In this document: in pieces, positions 1 through 13,614 of the stretch
Layout of the letters: every line of letters begins with the position of its first letter
Position numbering within the stretch: the first letter of the stretch is position 1
Assembly (NCBI GenBank): GCA_021613535.1
Contig: CP075492.1
Coordinates: 9,672,001-9,736,000 of the forward strand
DNA length: 64,000 nt
Source of the DNA: Adineta vaga
Taxonomy: Eukaryota > Animalia > Rotifera
Reading direction: 5' to 3'
The notes under the pieces: generated by a model
Database searches by the model: none
The model's input: the letters and a program-made list of their open reading frames with translations, nothing else
Told to the model about the DNA's origin: nothing
Program-made: the position numbers and the translations under genes

Positions 1-1021
1 GGAATGAGAATCATATGGCGTGTTTGATGATCGCGAACTAGCAAAAGTCTATAACATATAAATACGAATGAATACTTTAAAAGAGACAACAAGGTGACAT
101 ACAGAACTTGCTTGATTTCTTGGAAGACGCCGTAGATAAGAATACGCATCATCAAAAGTTCGATGTTGTTGAATTAAATCTCGAAGTTCTTGATCATTAT
201 CTGATTGATAATGTGTTAAACGAATAGCTTGCACTTGGTCGTGTGCATTATCAAACGTATAGCCTGTCAAATTCTTAACCAAACGGTGAGCCTCACTATA
301 AAACATTCGATCGGCACGCTGTAGGAAAAAAGCAAATGGAATTTATCATTCACATGTAAGGAGATTTGGTCGCATAGGCGACATTTATTTGAAAAAATTC
401 TGATAGTTTTTCTCGATACAAAAGGATTGTATCTAACTTACATTGATTTCTTTATCATCGAAGTTGAGGACGGCATGAAATAGATTCGGTGATTGTTTCC
501 GTTTCAAATCTCTTTTGAGATTTTCTAAAGATGATGGATTTATGAATAATGATTTACCAGATGAATTATCTTTGTTGAATTTTTCTGTTAAAATCGTTTT
601 AAATTTGCAAGAATCATCACCATAAGCCAAAGCTTGTTTCAAAACTTCATCGGAACAGTTTTTTAAATCGTCTGAAAGAGACCTTCTACATTCGTTTAAA
701 TCATTGTTTGTTAGGCGTTGATTCGCTCGAATTTCGAAAACTTTCTTTTCAATGAAAGATTCGTCTATCTTTTGTGAGTTCGTTGGCTTCCCTATTATAT
801 ACTATTTACATAAAATCCATTGAAATAGCATAAATCGTATATGAAAAAGTTGTGTTACTTTGAGTTCATTGATCACAGTTCTGGTATTCCTATCAGGACT
901 TCGCGATGATTGCGGATCAGATGAAAATTGAGTTGGATTCTGTACACAAAGATATAAATATATATGTGTCAAATGTAAAACTTAATTATCATAGAAAAAT
1001 AATAGTATTTACTGTATGCAT
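1..1021 (-). CDS. Multi-exon protein of unknown function, running off the left end of the window
   Basis: GT-AG splicing joins MHT|NPTQ...NELK|YIIGKPTN...DDKEIN|RADRMFY...NQASS|TFASSR in frame, using ORF-track pieces 433-642 and 49-306. The start codon is uncertain and no family is recognised. Confidence 0.55.
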
Positions 1022-1714
1022 TTGTATTTTGTGTTGATAATTTGAAGTTGTTGATGAAGACCAATATTGTTGAGTACTGTAATTCTATAAAATCATTCAA
1101 AGTAAATAAAGCGCTGGAAAATCTTTATGAAACAAATATAGAATATAAGGATTGAAAAATGACTATTATTTCGACAGAAGCTGAATAGAGAACTACTATA
1201 AATGGTTGATCGTTGTTGTAAAGTCGACGTCCTAGAGTTTGTACTCATGATTTTTTGTTATCGATAGCTACAGTCAAAAGTAGATTGGTTTAGTCTTTCT
1301 ACAAATGAAGGATTTTATTTTATATAGAACAGTATCTATGTGTTAAATTTTAGCAAAAGAAAAGAAGCACATACTCCTGCAGGTGATGTTTATGATGGTT
1401 AATACCAATAAATTATTTCTTCAGAATATAGCTCACACGTTAGTAATATTGCTGTAAGTGACTTGTTTCTATTCTATAAGAAAACAAATAAAACAGAGCG
1501 TATAATGATGTATGGTGTATTAGGAAAGTTGATGAAAAAAGAATGACGATATATGAACATCTACAAGTAAGAAACACAGTTATCACAAATGTGCTTATGT
1601 TAAATATTTGAAATAAAAAAACAAAACAAATAAAAAGGCAAATTCTCGGTTAAATAAATTGCTCGTTTTTCTTCGAAAATAAATCATCTTGTAAGAAACG
1701 TGAGTTCTCATTTG

Positions 1715-4700
1715 TTATTGTCGTATTCTCGGTATTTGTTTTGGTTTTCCCAAATACTGTTTTAAATTTTGTTCAGCGAGCTAGAAACAAAAACAAACAT
1801 TCAATTTGATAATAGACAAAATAACTCAATATTTTTTTTCACATACGACAATTAACGCGTCATGTGTTGCTTTAGCTGGAACAGGAACCGATGCATTGAC
1901 AAGTCGTTGACGTAGACTATTGTCATCATACAATTCCCTATTGAGTTTTCATAAATAGAAACTTTATATATCTTAAATTCGTTTTACCATGGTTCGATTT
2001 CATTACGCCACACAAATAGAAACAGAAATTGTTTGTAACATATTCTATTAAAGATTAGAAATCGCATAAATAGAAAACAAATAGTTCTTCTTACTCGCAA
2101 AATCGATTTTCACATGTAATTAATGGTGCACGTTTACAACCTTCTACTGGACAATTCGGACCATTCGCTACTGGCTTTTGTTGAAGTTCTTCATTGAAAT
2201 TTACCTTATGTTTCTTGAAAAGGAGAAAAGAAATGAAATGGAAAAGAAAAACAGAAGAATAAATACAAACATTTAGAAAAGAAATCAATTGTTCAAGTGG
2301 AACATCACGAAGTTCACGAAAACAATTCAAAGAGCAATGGGCATGAAGTGTGTTTTTAATTCCACATGTTTGGTGAGGGCAAGTCTTAATTTAAAAAAAA
2401 AAGATAGTTTTCTTCTATTAATAAAATCATCTTTATTACGGTATTGCGTTCAGGATTGTAAAACAATGCAGAACATATTCGACAAAATTCTGTGGCACAT
2501 CTCGGACATCTGAAATGTTCGCATCCACCGGCTTGACTATAACAGATTCAATAAAATCAATGTGATATTAGAAAAAAAAGCACTATCACTGTTCAACATG
2601 CAATATATGAGATTCTATTTTGGAATTTATCTGATCCATTTCCGGATGTGTAATAATACTTTTACACTAGATGTCCAGAAAACTAATCTCGAGAAAGTGA
2701 AATAGTCATCATACAGTTATAGTCGAGAAGAGATTCGATTCAAATTGAAAGATAACAGCTTATGTGTGCATCAAATATAATGATTTGTGAAGACGTCAAC
2801 GGCTTACACTTGATCAGCGAAGCGTTGTAAAATATGTCGATGTCGAAGGATAAAAAAAATAACTTTTCATCAAACTATCGTTTTGAATTAAATTGATATA
2901 AGTTAAAAGAAAATAGTTTTTTTATGACGCAAAAGTGTACGAATGTACTAGAACTGATGCGATAAGCATCTAGTAGGAACAGTGAATTAGATTACTTACT
3001 ATTCATAAATTTGTTTGCATTGTCCATTGGGACACATCATTCCTGCTGTATCCAGGTACTTCATAAGCTGTACTTCTGGATCATCTGGATCATTTTCTCT
3101 CAACCATTCGCCATAGGCTTCACAACTTATTCCTTGGTGATTGTCAAGCCACTTGAGAAAAGAAAAACAATAATTGCAAAAGAAAAACTCCTCAAAAATT
3201 TTACTTTTCGACAACATCCTTGACACTGCATAAATTGACAATGAGGACATTGAACACGAGCAATTCGATTGTTATTATTGTTGTCAAAAAAGCCAACACA
3301 CTAAAATTATCCATATGATATCAATAATCGAAGACAAAGAGATTTACTCTTGGATTGCCGCATTTTTTTATTTGTGAATCACGTGTTGCAATGAATAGAT
3401 TTTCATGGTAAGTTTCGAGAACTAATCTTTCATCCGTAAACCATTGATTGAGCTAATAGAAAGGAAAATAACGTAATGCTTTTGCGAAAATTATATCGAT
3501 TCTTTTCAGCTCACTTTCGTTCCTAAATATTGAAAAAAATTTAATCTGACATCATCATCTAGTATATGTTCTTGAAAACACGTTAATTTGTTCAATGATT
3601 CAGGATTTCGAATGGCTTTAATCGTGTCACGATAATATTGTTTGATGCAACTTAAACAACATTGATGATCACATAAAAACATGGTCTCCATTTGACTACG
3701 TGGATATAAACCGCTACAGATAGGACATTCTAACGATAATAATTTCATAACACTATCTTGAAAATCATCTCGAATTTCTCTATCATCACAGGATTTAATA
3801 ATATCTCGTATATCAATTATATTAAGATGTTCAAGACTCTCAAGTGATACTTTGTATAAAGCATAGGCTATCAATTCAATTTTGACTGGTGACAAATTTC
3901 GACTAATACGACATAATTCATTATAGATTAATCGAAACATTTTCTAAAAAAAATGACATCGAAAATAAACACTTTGTTATTTCTTTTTTGTTCTTCTTCT
4001 TACAGAAACAGCGAAATCATTAATCTCGTTATCGTTGTGTTGTCGTCGAAGACCTATGATAGCTGTTACAACATGAGCGGCACTCTTCCATTCCTAGATT
4101 AGAAAAACTGCCGATTGAGTGAATCTGTTAAAGAAAACCGTAGAGTCTTACATCACCCTCATATAGACGTATTTGACCCGTTTCATCTTGATTTATGTTG
4201 TCACTGATTATTTCCCAATGATTTTGTAAATGATCTACACCGTTTCCAAGTGTTGTTGACGATGGTTCATGAGGAACAACTGGTTCTGGAGGTGGTTGCT
4301 AATGAATTATATGAGAAAAGTTATTTATGAGATAGATATTTTCAAACTAACCAGATTTGGTCGCTTCGTTTGCAGCATCTCAAGTGCACTAGATTCGTCG
4401 AACTTTGTTCGTATCAAACATTCATAATATATTTCATTGCCGAAAGACATATCTCGATTTCTATCTTTTTGTTTTAAAATTTCTACTCGCCGATCGATAT
4501 CACCATTAATTATGTCATCACCGTATGCAATAGAATCTGGATATTGCTGCTTGAATAGAAAAAGTAATAACCTTCGACGAATGAAACTATGCGCTGGTGG
4601 TCCACCATGTGGTGTGACGATGCTTTGCTAGAATTATTCTAATTTCAGATAGTGAAGTTAAAGATTAATGTATTACTTTGAATAATCTAATGGTTTCAGA

Positions 4701-5544
4701 GGTTTTTTCATTGCCTTCTTTAACTTTCGAAGAACTTGGTAGTTTGGGTGGAGATGACACCTGTATTATTGGTGATGGTATCTGAAATTAAACGGAAAGC
4801 ATTTGTAAAAGTGAAATTTTAATTGATCTACTCACGCTTCTGGGTGGTTGTATTTCAACTAGAGAAAAAAGTTACATAAAAATATATTTTTTTCATTTTA
4901 ATCTCAATTGTTTCTTTTTTCTCTCAAATACTTACATTCATAATCGCGATCAATTTCATCATCAAAACGGGAACTGGAACGTTTTGATAAAATCTGAATT
5001 AACAACACAAAATCTTAGATATAAAATTGAACTTTTTAAAGAAACATTTACGTTCTTCATGTCTTTGAACTCTTTAGAAGATTCATCTTTGATTTTTCTC
5101 AGATCATTGCAAAACTCATGGAATTCCTTGGTAGCATTTTCACGAGTTGCTATTTCGTCAACTGAACTAGTTCCTTGATAAGTATACTTTCCAATTCCAT
5201 TGTCTTCATATCCAAAATGTTTCAATAGATCTAATGTGAGTAACTATAAAACCAAGAGACAAGATTATTTTCATATAAAAAAACAAACAATCAAAACCTT
5301 TTGATTCAGTTTTTGTATAACGTTTACATGTAGGCCTGGAGCTTTTGTATCACCAGATTTTACTATAATTGATATCGGATGTAAGGCAGCGAGTAAAGTA
5401 CGTACATCATCTAGAATCTATCAAGAAAAAAATATTTCCAACTGAATATTATATTTTATTGTGGTTACTTACATGATTAGGACGGATATTAGCTCTAACT
5501 ATATCTTCGGCAGGAATGATATGATACGATGATAATGGGTTCAT
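1715..5544 (-). CDS. RNF31: HOIP/RNF31-like RBR E3 ubiquitin ligase (PUB-like N-terminus, RING1-IBR-RING2, LDD-like C-terminus)
   Basis: RING1 is CPICSGLYP...LCDHQCCLSC and IBR is KCGNPRC...QCPHCQFMQCQGCCRKW...HQGISCE. RING2 is CPNGQCKQIYE|YQAGGCEHFRCPRCATEFCRIC with the catalytic GGC.H Cys. LHAHCSLNCFRELRD resembles HOIP LHGHHPRDCLFYLRD. Confidence 0.75.
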
Positions 5545-6322
5545 CTAAAACATACTATGTAAAGTTTTTAATTAAAAAAATGTGATCGTAGCGATCAGAA
5601 TCTGTGCTTTATAGTTTAATTTTCTTTCTTACAATGATTTTGTTTTGCATTAAAAAGTTGCCGTAGACGGGTTTTTTTCACGTGTATTTTTCTTTCTTTC
5701 TTTTCTTGCCTATGCGCGAACACGCTTTTTCAAAGATAAATGCACATCAAAGAAAAGGACAAAATCGTTGATATGTTGGAAAAAAAATTTTTATGCATTC
5801 GACAGAATTGAAAAATATTCTCAATGATTGTGAACATGAATTTTTTATATTTCTCCTGCTGTGTGGATGTTTTGGATACAATTTGAAAATAGAACTCATT
5901 GAATGCAGCTAAACTAATAATGCAAATTGATTTAAACATTCAAAACGTTGAGGTGAGGTTTATTCCCAAAGATATAGTAGATCGAATATTTCAACAGTAA
6001 ATTTTGTGAGATTTCTGTTTTGAATAACTAGAACAATAAGAAATGATCGCTATTTAACTAAAGTTCATTGTTTATGTGTACAATCTAGCGGAAATAGGAA
6101 AAGGATTGATTATGTGAAATAGATTCAAACAAAAATAATTATCGTAAAGAAAGGTAGTTTATCTTTCTGATTAAAACGAAAACGAAAGAGATATCAAATT
6201 AATTTTGTTTTGTGTACCTTACGCACTTCATACACACACACATACATTTTAAAATTATAAGAAAACATTGTCAAATTAAATCAAAATATATATTAGTTCA
6301 TCGAAATGAAGTCGAATGTTTA

Positions 6323-7037
6323 TCATGCATGACGAAGTGCAGCTAAACGGCTACTTTGTGCCGCAGCTTCTTGTTGTGCTGGAGTTTGTGTTGGACGTTC
6401 AACGTTTGGCATTGCATCAAGTTGTTCACGAATATCCAGATTATTCTCATCAGCAATTTGACGTAAAAGATCATGTACAGCTTCCGTTGGTGCACTTGTT
6501 GCCATGGCTTGATTCATTGCGTTACTCATAACCTGTTCTTTAACATCGAAATCTTCAAATGCCTATACAAAGATAAGAATAATCTTTCGATATGTAAAAT
6601 GAATTGTGAAACAAACTTGTTCAAATTTATCCATAACTTTAGCCAATTCAGATGCATTCATATCTTTATTTACATGTTCAAGCATTTTATTAACTTGTTT
6701 CATATTTTTTACCATAACACTTTGAGCATTTGCTTGTTGAATCTAAAAATGAAATAATTTCAACAAAGTTTGTTATTTTTCCGATTAAGAAAAGTAAAAA
6801 GTTTACTTTAGCAATAACACTATCAATACGCGATGCCATGAGAAGAAATTGATTATGTGCTGTTCGATTTTGAACAGCTGTTTCTGCATAGATACGAGCT
6901 GTTTCAACATCACCAGATTTTTTCATTGCATCCAATGCTTTCTTTCGACTAGCTTCATATTTTTTCTCAGCAGCAGATGCCTCTTTTTCGATCATCTTTT
7001 TCGTGAATCGAAGATTAAATTCAGCATTCGTTCCCAT
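6323..7037 (-). CDS. CHMP1: ESCRT-III subunit CHMP1/Did2 (Snf7 family), 3 exons
   Basis: Motifs FNLRFTKK, ARIYAETAV, LLMASRIDSV and LLRQIADEN, and the C-terminal MIM1-type SRLAALR. Confidence 0.9.
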
Positions 7038-7414
7038 AATAAGAAGGTTTGTCTTAATTCAACTTTTAAGAAAAAATGAGTAATAGAGAATAAATAAAAG
7101 TATATGAGCAATAAAATTTGGATTAGTCAAGGTAGAATTTGGAAAATGTCAAGGTGATGACAGAATTATAGATGGCAGTAGGTTAGAGATGGAAAGATAA
7201 TATCCGATGATCGATTGAGATTTTTTTCTGTTTCCTAAATGTGATCATATACGTATAAATATAATTGGAGTTTCTAAACAGTCCTAGAATATACTTGATA
7301 CCGATTTCTATTGTTGATTTCAAGCGCTCTTTTTAAAGGAAAAATTATTTTTATAACGAATTCCATATTTCATTTGTGTGTATCAATTTTTTCTTCTGCA
7401 ATTCATCCTTAAAA

Positions 7415-7777
7415 ATGATACGTCCAATCTTATCGAAACTCGGTTCATCAGTTTGTAACAATACACAACCATGCAATTATAATACTAATCGTTGTACAAT
7501 GAACAAACGATGTTCAAAAACTTATCGTTCATCAAATTGTTTTCGTCCTCTTCAACATCTTTATAAAACAACATATCAAAACAATCATGTTCGTGTTCGT
7601 CATCCATCGGAAAGATATAAAACAACAAATATGACTTATGGCAGTTTTCATTATAATAATTGGGCATTTATTCAAAAAAATCGATCTGTTAAATATTCAA
7701 AAGAACTTTCTGTACGATGCAATAAACAACCTTGTTCATCAAATACTTCAGATAAATTAAATCATGTCCATTGTTAG
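7415..7777 (+). CDS. Small basic protein, possibly Pierce1/2-like ciliary microtubule inner protein
   Basis: Intronless ~120 aa ORF from ATG 7415. YKTTNMTYGS...RSVKYSKEL...SSNTS resembles the Pierce motif Y[RK]T[ST]N..YGS...S.KFS..L. Confidence 0.45.
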   Translation: MIRPILSKLGSSVCNNTQPCNYNTNRCTMNKRCSKTYRSSNCFRPLQHLYKTTYQNNHVRVRHPSERYKTTNMTYGSFHYNNWAFIQKNRSVKYSKELSVRCNKQPCSSNTSDKLNHVHC

Positions 7778-8058
7778 ATATCGACTAGTAATCGATATTT
7801 TTCTTGTTAAATTCAAATAGTTTGAAGAACGAAAACAGATCAAATTTCATAGGATATTTTTCAAAAATAAATCAATTAAATAATTCTTGATTTTCATGTC
7901 AAAATATTCTCAATAGACTATATGGATTAAATTTCGTCTAGTATGAAATGTCTTCAAATCAGATTCTTCATTCATTCATCTATATTTTGATAACAATGTT
8001 CCGTAAGCACAAAAACACACGGAAATAAAACGACAAAAAGTAATCTAATGTGGGTAAT

Positions 8059-8633
8059 TTATTTTCCTGTTGATGTTTGTTTAAGAAAACGATGAAATTT
8101 TGGAAAAATATTTAAACGTAAACTCAATGAATACAATTCATCTTTCGATAATTGTCCATTAACTAAATTGAAAAACAAACAAACAATTCAATATATAAAC
8201 ATCAATAACTTATTTAAAATAACAAACCATCTTCATCAAAAAATGTAAATAATCTATCGATCATTGTACGTCGATATCGTTCACGTTTTAATTCTTGTTG
8301 ATGATTACTATTCGTTGGACTATATGCATTATTATTTGAAGAACTCAAAAGAGGTATACGTCGATAAATTTTATAAGAATTTAATTGTGAATACATCACA
8401 GGCGTTGAACGATCAATAAAATGAACCATTGCAATAGGATAAGATGCTGGATTTTCATATTTTTTTTGATGAATTGGTAAAGCATTGGATTGAGATGTTA
8501 AAATTAAAACTAATAATACATATAAATGAAATCGATCTAAAGGGTTTATTTTGAATATTGATTCTTTTTCATGATATACAGATTCATTAAAACATAAAAT
8601 TTGTTTATAACATTCATCATTAAATTCGTCCAT
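8059..8633 (-). CDS. Putative secreted or signal-anchored protein with one C-terminal EF-hand
   Basis: Hydrophobic segment LYVLLVLILTSQSNA-LP. Removing intron 8163-8227 gives a canonical EF loop DEDVNGQLSKDE. Stop at 8059-8061. Confidence 0.6.
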
Positions 8634-10995
8634 TATCTCATTGAATATTTGAAGAGTAAAATAAAGAATTCGTTAGATCTATAAATAATATAGATTAATT
8701 ACTTTACCTTAAGAAATTTACATGGCATATTTAATACATTAGTCAACTATTCGTTGATGATTGTATTAGGTTTTAATAACTATTATATATAGTCTAATTA
8801 TCTTCGTTGTCATATGTAGATATATATATGTAAAATAGTAAAAATAAGACAAACATAAGCGTACTGTGTCACCTTGATTGACAAGTGGAGTGTGGGAAAA
8901 GGAAAGAAAAAAAAGGTATAAGTATAATAAGGAAAATGAACATACGGTGATGTTCGATTGTACAGATGAAGGTAATTGTAATTCTGACTACTGATAACAA
9001 CCTTTGATATCGATATAGATGAATCAAAATGGGATTTTTTTTCTCGTTAATATCTTGAAGATATCGAAAATGATAATATTCAGTCGAGGACAGACTGTAT
9101 CAATCGGAAGAACTAATGACTATGATTGATATATGACCTATCATTTCTAGAGACAAGGTTTAATTCTATAAAAGGAATTTATTTCCCTTTTAAAAAAACT
9201 TTCATGTACAGTCTTTGATTTCTATATCGAACTACTTTTATCCAATTAATAAAAGGATACGAATGTCTACTCAAAGGACATAACAATTGTTGTCTTCTCA
9301 TTCAATAATGGTTAACGTCATCTTTCTTTTTTCTATGTTACACTGATCTTCATCATTGAGTATATCTATTATTCTCATTAAGACAATAGATTCTATTTCT
9401 GGCAAAACGTTTTTTCCTCAAATATGCATACGCATTGTTCTAATGATCCAGAAAATATAAACATTCCTACATCTATTTTCGTTCTATTTAACTAGAAATT
9501 GACAAAATATACACTCGTGATCAGCCTCATTATCATTTCCAATTAATGACGACAAGAAAGAAAAAATGTCATCTTCTTAATGTATGATAAATAGTTAAAG
9601 ACATTCTATCACTGTTATTGATCTAATTCAGTCTGATATTGCTGGTTTTCAAAAGGTTAACTCAATCAAATCTTTAATCTAGACAAATAATAATTGACAG
9701 AAGAAGAAAAAAAATGAAATGAATTGTATATTTTGTCAAATAAATCGAAAGCAACTTACAATTCTTTATTCTACATGAGTAATGCTCCCCCGCTGTAACA
9801 TTCCTTTCTATCTTTGATTTGATTTCTTGTCGTTTACTCATGTTTTTTATCGCACTCTCTCTCTCTCTTTTTTCTACCTACATTATAAAAAAAAGAAATG
9901 AAAGAAAAGCTAAATATCCTGTCTCTCTTTCCTGCTGCTTCTCTTTTGTCATCGAAGTCAATCATTTACTCATGTTGACAATCATATACGTCGCGCATAG
10001 TGATTGACTATATGTATTCTTCTTATGTTGAAGGAAGAATTAAATTACTTTAAAATAACTCTCTCATTTTTGTTTTTATTAATATCAATGAGAAGGAGAG
10101 AGAGAAATCATTTCAATACATAGACGTACCTATTCATACAAATTGCAATCATATTGATCAATATATGATATCCATCGGTTTTATTTCAAGGTGTATTTCT
10201 TTTCCTCGACTAGATTTAGTGAGAAAAGAGAATGAAGTAATCAGTTTTTTTCCTCAATTCAAAATACGCTTGATAATTGATTATTCAAGGTTAAGAAAAA
10301 TGACGTGAAGTTATTCCGTTCATCTTACTTTACATTGAAAAAGTGTTAACGCGGAATCATATTTCTCCTGGTACATGATACATAAGTCTTAACGGATTGT
10401 GCCAACGATAGTATTGAATGATGATTTCTCGATAGAAATGAAAAGGTGTTATGTTAACAATACCGTGTATAATTATTGATAAATCCATGACGATATCATC
10501 ACGATCTAACTTAAAAACTAAGTATTATCATTATCTATGATATACTTGGATCATTTTATAGCTTTATATTGAAGGTGAGAAAGTATTCATTTTAAAAATC
10601 AAATACTAACTATATCATTCATCAATGATATATTAAATCAATATTTGACAGTGAAGAATGATTGTACAAATAGTATAGACATCATTTGTCCTTGAACAAC
10701 GACCAGCTGTCAAGAAGAAACACCGATACTAAATAAATAAGTTGTTGCAGTGTACTTACATTGAAACGTCAACTTATTTACAAACCTAACAAAATTGAAT
10801 TAGATATATACAAAATACCTTCAATTAATATATCATTAAAAATAACTAGATAGAGATATATGTGTTTTTTTTTTCTTGCTAATCAAAACATCTTTATTCG
10901 GATGATACGAAACGATTTGTTTACGTGACGAAATCAAAAGTAAAAAGATACAACAAGAAATATAAATGCGTAATAAAGCTAAATAAGATGAAAAT

Positions 10996-11943
10996 CTATT
11001 GTCCACTACTGCCGGAATCGGTAAAAGCACCTTGAAGAACAAAGATGATTACAACTGGTAGAATATATTTCCACTAAAAGGAAAAGAATATTGTTCTTTT
11101 CTAATATATTGTTATCGAACTTACGTATTTTAATATGAATGGACGATTATCATTTTCTTGTGCGTTTAATTTCACTTCTTTTTCACGTTTTATTTTATCA
11201 AGAAAATGTTGAATTTCTGGTCTAGAGATACCGAAAAACGAAAGCAAATGAGAAAAAAAAAGATTCAGATATCTATTCATACTGTGGTCCATGATCATTC
11301 GATTGTACTCGTAGAGAAACCTTATATATCAGATCATCTTTTCTTTCTAATGTAGATGTATTCAATGAAGTACACGTTATATTTTTGGTTGAAATATGTG
11401 CACCTATAATATATCCATTCTCATTCACAGATAAATTAATCGTATATTGAAATTGCGCTTGTAAAACAAGACACTAAAATATAAAATTTGAATTTATAAG
11501 ATGAAAATGAAATGAATGTATACCATCGGAATTGATGTCATCACATAATCTTGTAGTAAACGATGTTTAAAGTTGACCTTCAATGTGTAATATGAATGTG
11601 AATTTGATTGAAATTCCTATATAGAAGACAAAATGAAACGTTTTATATAATGGAATTTTGATTGAAAATTCACCTGGATTAATCGTTCGTACTGTAATGA
11701 TGGTATGGAACGTGATGGTACTACTTCAATATTTGATGCTTGTGAAAGACGAACATTCATTTTAGTAAACGATGATAATCTCCTATCCATGATATTGTCT
11801 TCGAGATTAAGAGATATCGGATCTTCATTTGTATCATCAAATGTCTTGAAAACGAAAAGTTATGATTATATTAATTTTATACATAAGAATCTATTTACTG
11901 AAGCAAGTTTTAATAATACGATGAAAACAGTAAACTGGAACAT
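10996..11943 (-). CDS. EMC10: ER membrane protein complex subunit 10
   Basis: Signal peptide MFQFTVFIVLLKLAS. The spliced C-terminus GPQPEIQHFLDKIKREKE...PFILKY|WKYILPVVIIFVLQG matches EMC10 GPETAAF...SFFAKYWMYIIPVV. Confidence 0.8.
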
Positions 11944-12101
11944 TTTAGTTGAAGTGATTATCTACTTTAGTGGAACTACATATACTTTTAGCGACGAAGT
12001 TTTTATTCGAGAATTACGTCTACCAATCAATGATGGCTTGTATGTGAACCGAACCACGTTTTACTTACTTATATTCACTACTGCAGAAAGATAATAATAT
12101 C
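11944..12101. promoter_or_regulatory. Compact bidirectional promoter region between EMC10 and RNF121
   Basis: Head-to-head ATGs only ~158 bp apart, with a CCAAT at ~12023. Confidence 0.55.
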
Positions 12102-13460
<1,359 letters not shown>

Positions 13461-13614
13461 GTTGGAATGGGTCTATTACAGTAATTTGTTGAATCGAATA
13501 ATTTTTGTTCCTTTATTCTTTTATGCTGTCATTTTACAATATATAAAATATAAGCAAAGTGTTATTTTTGTTTTTGTTTGTTATTATTTAAAATATAGAA
13601 AATTCCTTGCAGAT

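Noticed and set aside
8700-10900. Short ORFs (9819-10007, 10836-11042) in the 2-kb intergenic region
   Set aside because: They are low-complexity, non-ATG or hydrophobic by AT bias, with no consistent exon chain.
11705-12094. 129-aa plus-strand ORF
   Set aside because: It is antisense to EMC10 exons and the promoter, with no recognisable features.
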